A stretch of 64,000 bases of DNA from Candidatus Omnitrophota bacterium. GTDB taxonomy: Bacteria; Omnitrophota; Gorgyraeia; Gygaellales; Profunditerraquicolaceae. The stretch lies in assembly GCA_003598025.1 (NCBI GenBank), contig QZKH01000003.1, forward strand, positions 170,048 to 234,047. The letters run 5' to 3'. Of the stretch, positions 27,800 to 35,523 are shown in pieces. The position numbers were made by a program, and so were the translations under genes. The notes beneath the pieces were generated by a model. The model was not told the origin of the DNA. It ran no database searches and saw only the letters and a program-made list of their open reading frames with translations. Numbering within the stretch: the stretch's first letter is position 1; every line of letters starts with the position of its first letter.

Positions 27800-29023
27800 T
27801 CAGTCTCCTTTTAAATTGTTTTTTAACTTAATCATTAGATCAATCAAACAATCTATCTGTTCTTTTGTATGTGTTGCTTTGACTGTGAGCCTTAATCTGG
27901 CTTTTCCCCAGGGTACTGCTGGCCAGCGCACGCATGGTGCCAAAATTCCGTTTTCAAGTAACTTTTTAGAAAACTCTATTGCTTTTTCTTCTTTTCCTAT
28001 TAAAACCGGGATGATTTGGGTTTCGCTGTTAAGCGTATCAAACCCTGATTTTGTCAGATTAGTTTTAAGATAGCTGACATTTGACCATAGGTTTTCTCTA
28101 AGAGAATGATTATTTTTTGCTTCTTTTACAGCTGCAATCAGGGCAGCAGCGATTGAAGGTGGTATTGGCGCAGAAAAAATATAGGAACGCGCGCTTATTC
28201 TTAAATAATCAATCAGGGCTTTTGTGCCGCAAACAAATCCGCCTACACCGCCAAACGATTTAGTGAAAGTCCCCATTGTGATATCAATATCGTTTTCATC
28301 AAGCCCAAAATGCTCGGCAGTTCCCCTGCCGTTTTTACCCAAAACTCCGGATGCGTGCGCATCATCTACCATAACAATTGAATTATATTTTTTCGCAAGC
28401 TCAACAATTCCCGGCAACGGAGCGATGTCACCGTCCATGCTGAATACACCGTCAGTAACGATCATTTTCCGTATTTTTTTTAATTTCTTAAGTTTTCCTT
28501 CGAGGTCCTTCATGTCCTTATGTTTATATACAACGATTTGGGCATGGCTTAGCCTGCAGCCGTCAATTATACTTGCGTGGTTTAATTCATCGCTTAAGAT
28601 TATTCTTTTCCCCTGGAAAGGAGCTGGTATCAGCCTGCCTGCTATCTTATGAAGGCCGCTTACAGCATCCATTACTGCAGGAATTGTTCCGGTATTTGCC
28701 ATATAACCGGTAGAAAAAGTTATTGCGGATTTGCTATTCTTAAAATCTGCTATTGCCTTTTCAAGCTCTACCTGGATATCGGTATTCCCGGAAACAAGCC
28801 GCGAACCACCGGAGCCAACTCCGTATTTGTCAATTGCTTCCTTTGCTGCCTTTTTTAGAAGCTCGCTATTGGCCAGGCCTAAATAATCATTTGAGCAGAA
28901 AATCAGCACTTTTTTACCGTTAGCGACAACTTCTAATGATGTTGGTGAGCCGGATATTAAACTGATATCAGGGTAAAGCCCAAAATCACGGATATTTTTA
29001 AGTATGTTTTCTATATTCTCCAT
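27800..29023 (-). CDS. PLP-dependent alpha-oxoamine synthase (BioF/KBL/serine-palmitoyltransferase/CqsA family)
   Basis: 407 aa; GGSRLVSGN, DDAHASGVLGKNGRG and the PLP-lysine motif TFTKSFGGVGGF. Confidence 0.8.
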   Translation of the reverse strand: MENIENILKNIRDFGLYPDISLISGSPTSLEVVANGKKVLIFCSNDYLGLANSELLKKAAKEAIDKYGVGSGGSRLVSGNTDIQVELEKAIADFKNSKSAITFSTGYMANTGTIPAVMDAVSGLHKIAGRLIPAPFQGKRIILSDELNHASIIDGCRLSHAQIVVYKHKDMKDLEGKLKKLKKIRKMIVTDGVFSMDGDIAPLPGIVELAKKYNSIVMVDDAHASGVLGKNGRGTAEHFGLDENDIDITMGTFTKSFGGVGGFVCGTKALIDYLRISARSYIFSAPIPPSIAAALIAAVKEAKNNHSLRENLWSNVSYLKTNLTKSGFDTLNSETQIIPVLIGKEEKAIEFSKKLLENGILAPCVRWPAVPWGKARLRLTVKATHTKEQIDCLIDLMIKLKNNLKGD

Positions 29024-29030
29024 TTATAAA

Positions 29031-30032
29031 TTATATTACCGGCGCTTCCGGCAGCCAGGTCTCAAAGCCGTATTTAGCAGCTATATTGGCTATTTCTTCA
29101 AGGTTGTCAGGGTTGATATTATCACCTAAAGAATAATTATTGAATCTTGATTCTTTTGCCAGCAAAAGCGTTTCGGCAAAAGGCGCGTTCACGACATTTC
29201 TAGGCAGGCATTTATTAATAAAAATATCTGCCTCGAAAGGCAGCTTAATCAATCCCGTCCTTATAATAGTGATGTCATTTCTTAATTTTTTGTTATTAAC
29301 CATGCAAAACGGCGCAGAGGCATCAAAGATTATACAGCCGGGTTTTGGAATATCAAGATTAATGATTGTGCTTAATGGCGCGTTGCCGATAGCAACGATT
29401 ACATCAGACGCAGAGGTTAATTCGGAAAGGTTATCTTCTATATTTACGGTAAGCCCGCCATATTGGGAAGCAAGTTCTGTTTTCAGCCTGATGACAGATT
29501 CAATCTCGGTATCGTTAAGCGTTATGTCAGAAGTAAAATCAATTATTTTTTTTGTAAAAAGCTTACCTACTGCCGTACCTGCCCCGACTACAGAAAACTT
29601 CATTTTAGCAAGGTCAATCCCCCTGCTCTTGACAGTCCTGTAAACAGATTCAACAATCGACCATGCGAGCAAAGTATTGCCCGTTGTCATCGGCATGCGT
29701 ACTTTTTTTAACAAAGTAACTGCGCTGGTAGACTCGACAAGGTTGTATCTCTCCAGGCCGATCATTTCTATATCTAAGTTCTTAGAAATATCTTCATCGG
29801 AAAGGATAGAATTTAAAATCAAGGCTTCTCCCTGAAGGAGAAGGTCTTTAGGCGGTGTGGACGGGATAACCAGGTAGCTGAGGATATCCTGTGAACCAAA
29901 AATTATCCTTTTGGGCTTGAGAATTTTGTAAATCGGTGTCTTTTTTAATGCAGGGTTGAATAAATCCCAAAACCAGCCTTTTTTAAGGTATTTTATTGTC
30001 CGGGGATGGATAATAAACGCAAATGACCTCAT
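29031..30032 (-). CDS. Acyl-ACP reductase (AAR)-family NAD(P)-dependent reductase, paralog 1
   Basis: 333 aa. Aligns by eye along its whole length with cyanobacterial AAR: FIIHPRT vs GLIGHLTS; TTGNTLLAWSIV...SVVGAGTAVGK vs TTGNTHTAYVIC...AVVGATGDIGS; CIIFDASAP vs CVLIDGGYP; C-terminal APFAETLLLAKE...YSLG...AKYGFE vs ACFAEAMLLEFE...FSWG...VRHGFQ. Confidence 0.65.
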   Translation of the reverse strand: MRSFAFIIHPRTIKYLKKGWFWDLFNPALKKTPIYKILKPKRIIFGSQDILSYLVIPSTPPKDLLLQGEALILNSILSDEDISKNLDIEMIGLERYNLVESTSAVTLLKKVRMPMTTGNTLLAWSIVESVYRTVKSRGIDLAKMKFSVVGAGTAVGKLFTKKIIDFTSDITLNDTEIESVIRLKTELASQYGGLTVNIEDNLSELTSASDVIVAIGNAPLSTIINLDIPKPGCIIFDASAPFCMVNNKKLRNDITIIRTGLIKLPFEADIFINKCLPRNVVNAPFAETLLLAKESRFNNYSLGDNINPDNLEEIANIAAKYGFETWLPEAPVI

Positions 30033-30033
30033 T

Positions 30034-31122
30034 TCATCTCCAAAGCAATATCCTGCTTTTAGATTTTTTCTTTATGTTTGCCTTAATCCTGCTTATCTCA
30101 ATGTCAGATATCGGTTTCTCCTTGCTTGTGAGGCTGTCAATTTCAAATCCGTGTTTTGCCCCAAGCCTCAAAATTTCTTTGACCTTAAAAGCATCAAAAT
30201 CTTTTCCCAGGGAATAATCCTCGAATTTCTTCTCCAGCGCCAAAATCATCGGTTCGGCCATGCATGGATAACACAATCCTTCGGGAAGGCCAAAATCAAA
30301 ATTGAATTTTACGTCTCCGGGAGGCTTAACTGTTACTCCGTCAATAACCAGCACGTCGTTGCGAATGCTCGGAAGGATGCGCCGCGGGTAAGAAGCATCA
30401 AAGATAAGGCTGCCCGGCTCAACCTTGCTTATATCAAATTCTGCAGGTATGCGGTTAGTCGCAACAATTATAATTTTAGTTTTATTTAAAATGGAGTTTA
30501 TGTCAAATTTACTATGTATTTTTGCTCTTTTTTCTTTGGGGATGCCGGCTAGTGCAATATTTAATTTATCTACATTGTGCGCGCTGACATAAGTCCCGCG
30601 CACGAAATGGGAAAGTATATCAAGGCAGTACTTTCCGACGCTTGAAGTCCCTCCCAGGATCAGGATGTAAGTATCATCTAGGGGGATATCCATTAAATCA
30701 GCGCCTCTTAATATTGCTTCGGGTATAGTAGAAAGAGTATAATTGGAGCCGGTTGTCATCGGGCAAGGAATGATCTTTTTTAAATCCGCTCCTTTATTGC
30801 CGCTGAATGCCGCATAAGCAGTCAACCCTATCAATTTAGGCGAAATCGAACTTGCAAATTTAAGTGTGTTAATGACTGCCTTCATCACTTTTGTAGGGCT
30901 TAAGGAAACCATCTGTTCCATAAGCAGCGGGCACATTACGAGTGCGCCTTTTGCTGTCCTGCCTAAATCTGAATATAACCCTCTGATTTCGGAAGCCTTA
31001 AAAGGCTGCATCCATTCCAACACCTTTTTTACTAATGGCCGAGGTTTATTTTTCATCCCCGGCTCATATTTATATAACAGCTCTTCGTTAGTCGGATGGA
31101 TTATGAGGGTGTAGTCATACAT
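30034..31122 (-). CDS. AAR-family reductase, paralog 2 (start revised to the internal ATG at 31120-31122; the ORF-track start at 31236 adds a spurious W/R-rich 38 aa)
   Basis: From MYDYTLIIHPTNEEL... onward it parallels paralog 1 and AAR (TTGSNYTL...LILGGTSSVGK; LIFDASYP; PCMAEPMILALEKKFEDYSLGKD...AKHGFE). The revised start gives an 8-nt ATGTATGA overlap with the upstream SRPBCC stop. Confidence 0.6.
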   Translation of the reverse strand: MYDYTLIIHPTNEELLYKYEPGMKNKPRPLVKKVLEWMQPFKASEIRGLYSDLGRTAKGALVMCPLLMEQMVSLSPTKVMKAVINTLKFASSISPKLIGLTAYAAFSGNKGADLKKIIPCPMTTGSNYTLSTIPEAILRGADLMDIPLDDTYILILGGTSSVGKYCLDILSHFVRGTYVSAHNVDKLNIALAGIPKEKRAKIHSKFDINSILNKTKIIIVATNRIPAEFDISKVEPGSLIFDASYPRRILPSIRNDVLVIDGVTVKPPGDVKFNFDFGLPEGLCYPCMAEPMILALEKKFEDYSLGKDFDAFKVKEILRLGAKHGFEIDSLTSKEKPISDIEISRIKANIKKKSKSRILLWR

Positions 31123-31561
31123 TTGAGTTCTCCGCCTTATTCTTAATAGCCAGCACCATACCGGTGAGCCCCCGCTCAGCTTTTTTCTTAAGGACTGAAC
31201 CAACATACTCTTCCAGGATGGGTATTCCCCAGTCAAAATCAGCTTTTAAGGTCAGTTTGCTGCCGTCATGCCATTCCTTTACGTGCCAAATCCCCTGATA
31301 GCTTTGGTAGTAACCCTCGACCATATTAAATTTAATTATTCCTGCAGGTTCATCTATATTGTCTTCTTCCTTCCAGTTTACCGGAGCGCCTTCAATCTCA
31401 GTTTCCCATGAAGTAATAAATTTGGTATCGGATAGAGATTTAATGACCTTAAGGTTTTTAACGTCACGCATAAAAGAAGGGTATGATTCCATATCCCTAA
31501 GTATTTCAAATACTTTTTCTTTCGGTTTCTTTATTACGCAAGATGCTTCAATAGTTACCAT
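31115..31561 (-). CDS. SRPBCC-superfamily protein (polyketide cyclase/dehydrase / lipid-binding START-like)
   Basis: 148 aa; MVTIEASCVIKKPKEKVFEILRDMESYPSFMRDVK...W is the usual SRPBCC N-terminal pattern. Confidence 0.5.
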   Translation of the reverse strand: MVTIEASCVIKKPKEKVFEILRDMESYPSFMRDVKNLKVIKSLSDTKFITSWETEIEGAPVNWKEEDNIDEPAGIIKFNMVEGYYQSYQGIWHVKEWHDGSKLTLKADFDWGIPILEEYVGSVLKKKAERGLTGMVLAIKNKAENSNV

Positions 31562-31566
31562 ATTTT

Positions 31567-31812
31567 TTATATAAGACTTTTTTCTGCGCGTTCTTCCTCT
31601 GTTTTGCGCCTGTCTTTTTTTCCGCTTTCATGATATTCCAGTTTATCCTTAATCCACTTTTCTATGTACTTTTTGTGGAACCGCCAGTCAGCGCCGATTT
31701 TGAACGCCGGTATCCTGCCGTCTCGAGCATAACGATGCACAGTCAGTGGATGCAAGTTCAAATAATCTGCAACTTCTTTTGCTGTAAGGATTTCCTTATC
31801 TTTTTTTGCCAT
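31567..31812 (-). CDS. Excisionase/MerR-like helix-turn-helix DNA-binding protein
   Basis: 81 aa; LTAKEVADYLNLHPLTVHRYARDGRIPAFKIGADWRF matches the excisionase-family HTH consensus; basic C-terminal tail. Confidence 0.6.
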   Translation of the reverse strand: MAKKDKEILTAKEVADYLNLHPLTVHRYARDGRIPAFKIGADWRFHKKYIEKWIKDKLEYHESGKKDRRKTEEERAEKSLI

Positions 31813-31848
31813 ATTACCACCTCTTTTAGCATATTTTATGTAACTATA

Positions 31849-31877
31849 TGTATACAGGCAAAATCTAAAGTTGTCAA
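31849..31877 (-). promoter_or_regulatory. Near-consensus sigma70-type promoter upstream of the HTH gene
   Basis: Minus-sense TTGACA-N17-TATACA about 36 nt upstream of the ATG, with an AAAAGAGGTGG Shine-Dalgarno. Confidence 0.45.
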
Positions 31878-31895
31878 GACATATCCAACCGCAAT

Positions 31896-32575
31896 GGACC
31901 GTTTCCTTCCAACCCTCTATCCCGCTAGGTGTTATAAAGGAAGTGTCCTGCTTTCTTTAGCCTTTATTCGGTGAATTTATCTAAGCAAATCAAGCCTTCT
32001 AAAGGATTTGTTTTACTATGATAGAAATGATAGCTGCTCCATAGATAATCATTGGGGCTAACAACGATCCCTGCCCTTACAGGATTATTATGGATGTATT
32101 CAATGCAGGAAAGTATATAATCGTAGCCAGTAATGACGTTACTTTTAAATCTGCCTTGCCAAACATGTCCCGTATAGCCGTATTTTTCACGGAATTTAAA
32201 GCTGTAGGAAAGTTCAATTGCATGCATTATTTTTGAAATGTTTATATTGCAAGAGGGCTCTATAATTAGATGCGGATGCGTGTCCATCAAAACAAGCGAA
32301 TATACCTTAAACCCAAATCTTTCTTTAAATTTGGATAACGTTTTTAGGAAAATTATTTTATCTTCATCTGTACGCAAAACATATTGACGGTTATTTCCCC
32401 TAATACAAATGTGGTATATTGCTGATGTAAAATATATGCGCTTATGTTGTGTCATATTGCCTCCTTCCACATTAGTAGACGAAGGAAACATGATATTCTA
32501 ACTGAATAAGAATGCTTTAGGGGGACACTTCCTTTGTAACACCTAGCGGGATAGAGGGTTGGAAGGAAACGGTCC
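31896..32575 (-). mobile_element. REPtron: RAYT gene flanked by 53-bp inverted REP sequences
   Basis: 31896-31948 (ggaccgtttccttccaaccctctatcccgctaggtgttataaaggaagtgtcc) and 32523-32575 are reverse complements with 1 mismatch and flank the Y1 transposase gene. Confidence 0.7.
31964..32491 (-). CDS. REP-associated tyrosine transposase (RAYT; IS200/IS605-like Y1 HUH transposase)
   Basis: 175 aa (true start possibly M13); HUH motif THPHLII, catalytic Tyr region WSSYHFY, N-terminal YHICIRGNNRQ. Matches the TnpA_REP pattern. Confidence 0.75.
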   Translation of the reverse strand: MFPSSTNVEGGNMTQHKRIYFTSAIYHICIRGNNRQYVLRTDEDKIIFLKTLSKFKERFGFKVYSLVLMDTHPHLIIEPSCNINISKIMHAIELSYSFKFREKYGYTGHVWQGRFKSNVITGYDYILSCIEYIHNNPVRAGIVVSPNDYLWSSYHFYHSKTNPLEGLICLDKFTE

Positions 32576-33288
32576 TATTTGAGGAGTTTAAGCAGGCAAA
32601 GCGGGTATTCGCCTTCTGTAGCATCGAAAGTTTCAGCTTTTTGACGGCTGCATTCAGCCCAATCTCCGCTTTCATCAATCATAAAGTAAGCATCTTTAAC
32701 TATTTTTAAGGGCTTGATAAGCTCTTCTACAAGTTTTGAATCATATATCCTGGCATATGGCCGTATAATCTTAGCTTTACCAAAAGGGATCGTTAATATA
32801 ATTGTGCCCTGGTTTTTTAGTATCCTGACCATTTCAGCCAGAGCCTTCTTATCAGCCTGCAGGTCTTCTTTCTCTCCGTGCCTTCCAGAAATACCGATAT
32901 GCTCAAGAGTAGAGATTGCCGTTATTGCATCAAAAAAATTGTCCTGGAAACTGGTTTTTATCACGCTTTCTTTAACAAAATTAAAATTCTTGAAACTTAT
33001 CTTATTTGTTATCGCATACTCCCTTATATCCAGTCCGTAAGTTTGATATCCAAAACCCGCCAGTAAAAGCGGGAAAAAGCTGCCGGCGCAGCCTACATCA
33101 AGAATTTTAGCAGGGGTCGAAGGAAGATTTTCAGTGGCAAAGCTGTATTCTATATACCTATCGGTAGGCCTTAAAGGCTGTTTGGCAAAATATTCAGGGA
33201 AGATTTTCTGTATTACTGCAATCCCGGACTTACTTATAACTTCATAAGCCTTTTCTTTTATTGTCTTTTTTTCTTTTGTTTTTGACAT
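32575..33288 (-). CDS. Class I SAM-dependent methyltransferase
   Basis: 237 aa; ILDVGCAGSFF (motif I) and downstream motifs. Its stop codon abuts the right REP. Confidence 0.65.
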   Translation of the reverse strand: MSKTKEKKTIKEKAYEVISKSGIAVIQKIFPEYFAKQPLRPTDRYIEYSFATENLPSTPAKILDVGCAGSFFPLLLAGFGYQTYGLDIREYAITNKISFKNFNFVKESVIKTSFQDNFFDAITAISTLEHIGISGRHGEKEDLQADKKALAEMVRILKNQGTIILTIPFGKAKIIRPYARIYDSKLVEELIKPLKIVKDAYFMIDESGDWAECSRQKAETFDATEGEYPLCLLKLLK

Positions 33289-33299
33289 TATTTTTCCTG

Positions 33300-33530
33300 T
33301 TAACTTATCTCTGCAAGCACTTCTCCTACACTGACATTATCTCCTTCGGTAAAATAAATCTTGGAAATTTTACCGTTAACAGGAGAAGGCACATTAAAAG
33401 TAGCTTTATCTGTTGCCAACTCTACTAAATCATCTTTTTCTTTGACAGTGTCGCCTTCACTAAAATACCAGTAAGAAACTGTTGCTTTTGTAATATTTTC
33501 TCCCAGCTCAGGCAAAATTACCTTTGTCAT
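33300..33530 (-). CDS. Stand-alone lipoyl/biotinyl-attachment domain protein
   Basis: 76 aa; ...DLVELATDKATFNVPSP... (E-x-DKA lipoyl-lysine motif). It overlaps the lipB start by 23 nt. Confidence 0.6.
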   Translation of the reverse strand: MTKVILPELGENITKATVSYWYFSEGDTVKEKDDLVELATDKATFNVPSPVNGKISKIYFTEGDNVSVGEVLAEIS

Positions 33531-34176
33531 ATAAACCCTCCCTTAATAACAGAAAATTATCTTTAAAACTGGTTATAAGCTTTGTTTTTATTATATCCAT
33601 ATTAACCTCTTTTTCAAGCAATGATTCAAGCGAAGTCATTTTTACGTCCAGCCCGCAAGGTTTGATAAACTCGAAGTTTTTTAAATCACTGTGTTTTACG
33701 TTAAACGCCAGGCCGTGAAATGTTATCCAGTTCCGTATACCGATCCCTATCGAACAGATCTTATTGTTTCCAACCCATACTCCTGTAAATCCGGGTTTTT
33801 TAACCCCTGGTATATTAAAACTTTTGAGCAGGTCAATTACAGTATCCTCAAGGCTTCGTAAAAATAGATGTATATCTTTTTTTACATATTTAAGGTTGAA
33901 TATGGGATAAGCTATGATTTGGCCGGGGCCATGGTAGGTGATGTCGCCGCCCCTGTCAGACTGCAGTATATCAATATTAAGCTGTTTAAGAACGGATTGC
34001 TTTATAATAATATTATCGTAATTAAGCTTCCTGCCGGATGTAAATACTGGTTTATGGCTGCAGAGTATCAGCACGGATTTGCTTAATCCGCTCTTTACGC
34101 GTAAATGTATTTCTTTTTGAAGCGTTAGCCCGGCAGAAAAATCAATTATCCCTGCGTCTAATATATCAAAATCCAT
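33508..34176 (-). CDS. lipB: Octanoyltransferase (lipoyl(octanoyl) transferase)
   Basis: 222 aa; RGGDITYHGPGQ and the catalytic region are typical of LipB. Confidence 0.85.
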   Translation of the reverse strand: MDFDILDAGIIDFSAGLTLQKEIHLRVKSGLSKSVLILCSHKPVFTSGRKLNYDNIIIKQSVLKQLNIDILQSDRGGDITYHGPGQIIAYPIFNLKYVKKDIHLFLRSLEDTVIDLLKSFNIPGVKKPGFTGVWVGNNKICSIGIGIRNWITFHGLAFNVKHSDLKNFEFIKPCGLDVKMTSLESLLEKEVNMDIIKTKLITSFKDNFLLLREGLYDKGNFA

Positions 34177-35498
34177 TATAGAGCTTCGATTATTGCCTCT
34201 GATAAAGTAGGGTGAGCAAATATATATGATTTCAGTTTATCTACGGTCAGTTTGCTGTTAACGGCTACTGTGAATATCCCGATCAACTCAGTAGCGTTCG
34301 CTCCGATGATGCTAGCCCCGATTATAATACCGCTGGGTTTGTCTATAAGTATTTTTACAAAGCCATCAGTTTCATCCATTATGCGGGCCATGGAAGAACC
34401 AAGAAAATCAAACTTTTTGATTTCAACCTTTGATCTTTGCTCCTGGCTAAGCAAGCTTTCTTTAATACCGATACTGGCAATTTCAGGGCCGGTGAATATA
34501 CAGGCAGGTATAAATTCAGTATCTGATCTTACATTGTCCCGGGATAAATTATCAACAGCTATATTGGCCTGGTAAGCAGCATAATGAGCCAGCATTATTC
34601 TTGATGAGCAGTCGCCAGCGCTTAATATATTTTTAATATTAGTCCTTTGATAGTTGTCCGTTACAATAAAGCCATTTTCGGTATTTAACCCTATATTGTC
34701 CAATCCCAGGCCTCCGATAACGGGTCTTCTCCCTACACAGACCAGTATTTTATCAAATTCAGCAAGGTTTAAAGATGAAAAATCAGCATTAGTGAATACT
34801 CTTATCCCTCTTTTTTTAAAAGACTGCTCGAGTTTCTTTGCTATGTCGCTGTCTTCTCCTGGCAAGATCTGGGGCATCTTATCAATTAATGTTACAAACG
34901 AACCGAAGATAGAAAATAAATTAGCGAATTCACAGCCGATTACCCCTGCCCCGATAATGAGAATTTTTGCGGGGATCTCGCTTAGGTCAAGCGCTTCATC
35001 GCTGGATATAATTCTCTTGGCGTCAAATCTTAATCCAGGCAATTCTACCGGGGCCGAACCGGTAGCGATTAAAATATACTTTGTCTCAAATTTGTTTCCT
35101 TTATCATCAACAACTATGCCGGATGATACGATTTTTGCTTGAGAATTTACAAATTCAATACCGCTTAACCTGTTTTTCATAGCAGATTTAAGCTGCTCAA
35201 TAATTTTATTCTTCCGGTCAATAACTTTGGGGTGATTCAGGATCGGATTATCAACATTTATGCCAAAAGAAGCAGATTTTTTTATGAGGGAGAATTTCTT
35301 TGCTGTCTGAATTAATGTTTTGGTAGGTATACAACCTTTATTGAGGCATATTCCGCCCAACTCTGCTTTCTCAAATAATACTACATTAAGTCCAGAGTCT
35401 TTTGCCTTTACCGCTGCGTTAAAGCCGGCCCATCCTGAGCCTATAACTATAAGGTCATAAGGCATAATTATAAGGTTACATGAGGTTGCCAGAAGCAA
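34176..35498 (-). CDS. lpd: Dihydrolipoyl dehydrogenase (E3); probable true start at M12 (35465)
   Basis: 440 aa; MPYDLIVIGSGWAGFNAA (FAD), GGICLNKGCIPTK redox-active disulfide, NAD and interface domains. Confidence 0.85.
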   Translation of the reverse strand: MLLATSCNLIIMPYDLIVIGSGWAGFNAAVKAKDSGLNVVLFEKAELGGICLNKGCIPTKTLIQTAKKFSLIKKSASFGINVDNPILNHPKVIDRKNKIIEQLKSAMKNRLSGIEFVNSQAKIVSSGIVVDDKGNKFETKYILIATGSAPVELPGLRFDAKRIISSDEALDLSEIPAKILIIGAGVIGCEFANLFSIFGSFVTLIDKMPQILPGEDSDIAKKLEQSFKKRGIRVFTNADFSSLNLAEFDKILVCVGRRPVIGGLGLDNIGLNTENGFIVTDNYQRTNIKNILSAGDCSSRIMLAHYAAYQANIAVDNLSRDNVRSDTEFIPACIFTGPEIASIGIKESLLSQEQRSKVEIKKFDFLGSSMARIMDETDGFVKILIDKPSGIIIGASIIGANATELIGIFTVAVNSKLTVDKLKSYIFAHPTLSEAIIEAL

Positions 35499-35523
35499 CA
35501 GCCACTAACTTCATGTAACATAT

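Noticed and set aside
31123-31236. First 38 codons of the ORF-track call 30034-31236
   Set aside because: The W/R-rich sequence is unlike paralog 1 or AAR, and it overlaps the SRPBCC gene by 122 nt. An internal ATG gives a homologous start and a tidy 8-nt overlap.
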